Positions 23,410 through 24,000 of a DNA stretch of 24,000 nucleotides are shown here, piece after piece. The stretch's first letter is position 1. Each line of letters opens with the position of its first letter. The notes under the pieces are model-generated. The model saw nothing but the letters and a program-made list of their open reading frames with translations. It searched no databases and was not told the DNA's origin. Origin of the DNA: Promethearchaeia archaeon (GTDB lineage: Archaea > Asgardarchaeota > Lokiarchaeia > Sigyniarchaeales > SOKP01); the NCBI GenBank assembly GCA_029856045.1, contig JAHQWG010000028.1, forward strand, positions 25,972 through 49,971. Reading direction: 5' to 3'. The translations under genes and the position numbers were made by a program.

Positions 23410-24000
23410 CAAAACGGATAATTCCTTGTTTGGATATCAATAAAGAACGCGTAGTAAAAGGAATAAATTTCAAAAATCTAAAAGATATTGGAAATCCACT
23501 TGAACTAGCAAGATATTATTCGAACTCTGGAGCAGATGAGATAAGTTTTCTAGATATTACAGCATCTTATGAAAATCGTAAAATAATTCTTGAATTCGTA
23601 AAATCAGTAGCAAATGAAGTTTTTATTCCATTATCTGTTGGAGGTGGAATTCGAACAATAGAAGAAATTCAATCTATTTTAGCTGCTGGTGCAGAAAAAG
23701 TAAGTATTGGTACCAGCGCCGTTCAAAATCCACAGTTAATTGCAAAGGCTGCAAATAAGTTTGGAAAACAAGCAATTGTTCTTTCATTAGACGTTCAGCG
23801 TTCTTCTTCAATGAAAAATGGCTGGGAAATTTATATCAACGGTGGAAGAAAACCAACTGGGTTAGATGCATTAGAATTTGCGCAAAAAATAGAAAACCTA
23901 GGATCAGGTGAAATTTTATTAAATTCAATTGATCGTGATGGGACAAAACTAGGCTATGATCTTGAATTAATTAAATTATTTAATGAAAATTTGAAGATTC
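23403..24000 (+). CDS. hisF: Imidazole glycerol phosphate synthase, cyclase subunit (3'-truncated by window end)
   Basis: The ATG at 23403 overlaps the hisH end by 7 nt. It translates '[55 protein letters not shown]...[10 protein letters not shown]', a classic HisF N-terminus. The frame stays open to the window end, which explains its absence from the closed-ORF track. Confidence 0.9.
   Translation, partial: MLAKRIIPCLDINKERVVKGINFKNLKDIGNPLELARYYSNSGADEISFLDITASYENRKIILEFVKSVANEVFIPLSVGGGIRTIEEIQSILAAGAEKVSIGTSAVQNPQLIAKAANKFGKQAIVLSLDVQRSSSMKNGWEIYINGGRKPTGLDALEFAQKIENLGSGEILLNSIDRDGTKLGYDLELIKLFNENLKI

Overview
Strongly AT-rich (about 70% A+T by eye) prokaryotic window. I can support 23 protein-coding genes. 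I found no rRNA/tRNA, CRISPR array, transposase or integrase. The gene content suggests an Asgard-type (Loki-like) archaeon, but that is inference only. It includes an HhH-FKBP chaperone, a PHP phosphoesterase, radical-SAM enzymes, short-gap operons with SD-like motifs, and a hisC-hisB-hisH-hisF operon. It also includes several eukaryote-signature proteins. The standout is a co-directional seven-gene array at 8724-15940. Its core (10480-13430) reads as a UFM1-type rather than ubiquitin-type conjugation cassette. That core holds a UBA5-like E1, a JAMM/MPN+ metalloprotease, and one ORF fusing a UFM1-like beta-grasp domain ending '...DRNIVG' to a UFC1-like E2. Two proteins sharing a Zn-ribbon module precede it: one tail-anchored, one with a Cdc48-N/Ufd1-like N-domain. 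An EAP30 (ESCRT-II Vps22/36-like) protein and a YdjI-like SPFH/band-7 coiled-coil protein follow it. Divergently upstream are two membrane proteins, a seven-repeat SBBP beta-propeller surface protein and a small two-TM protein. They share a near-identical ~100-aa cytosolic PCI/DDRGK-type winged-helix-like tail, encoded by a ~310-nt DNA repeat. Other notable items are an ITPK1-like ATP-grasp kinase and a minus-strand cluster of uncharacterised redox/radical enzymes. All family assignments rest on motifs read by eye against sequences recalled from memory, so profile and structure searches are needed to confirm them.
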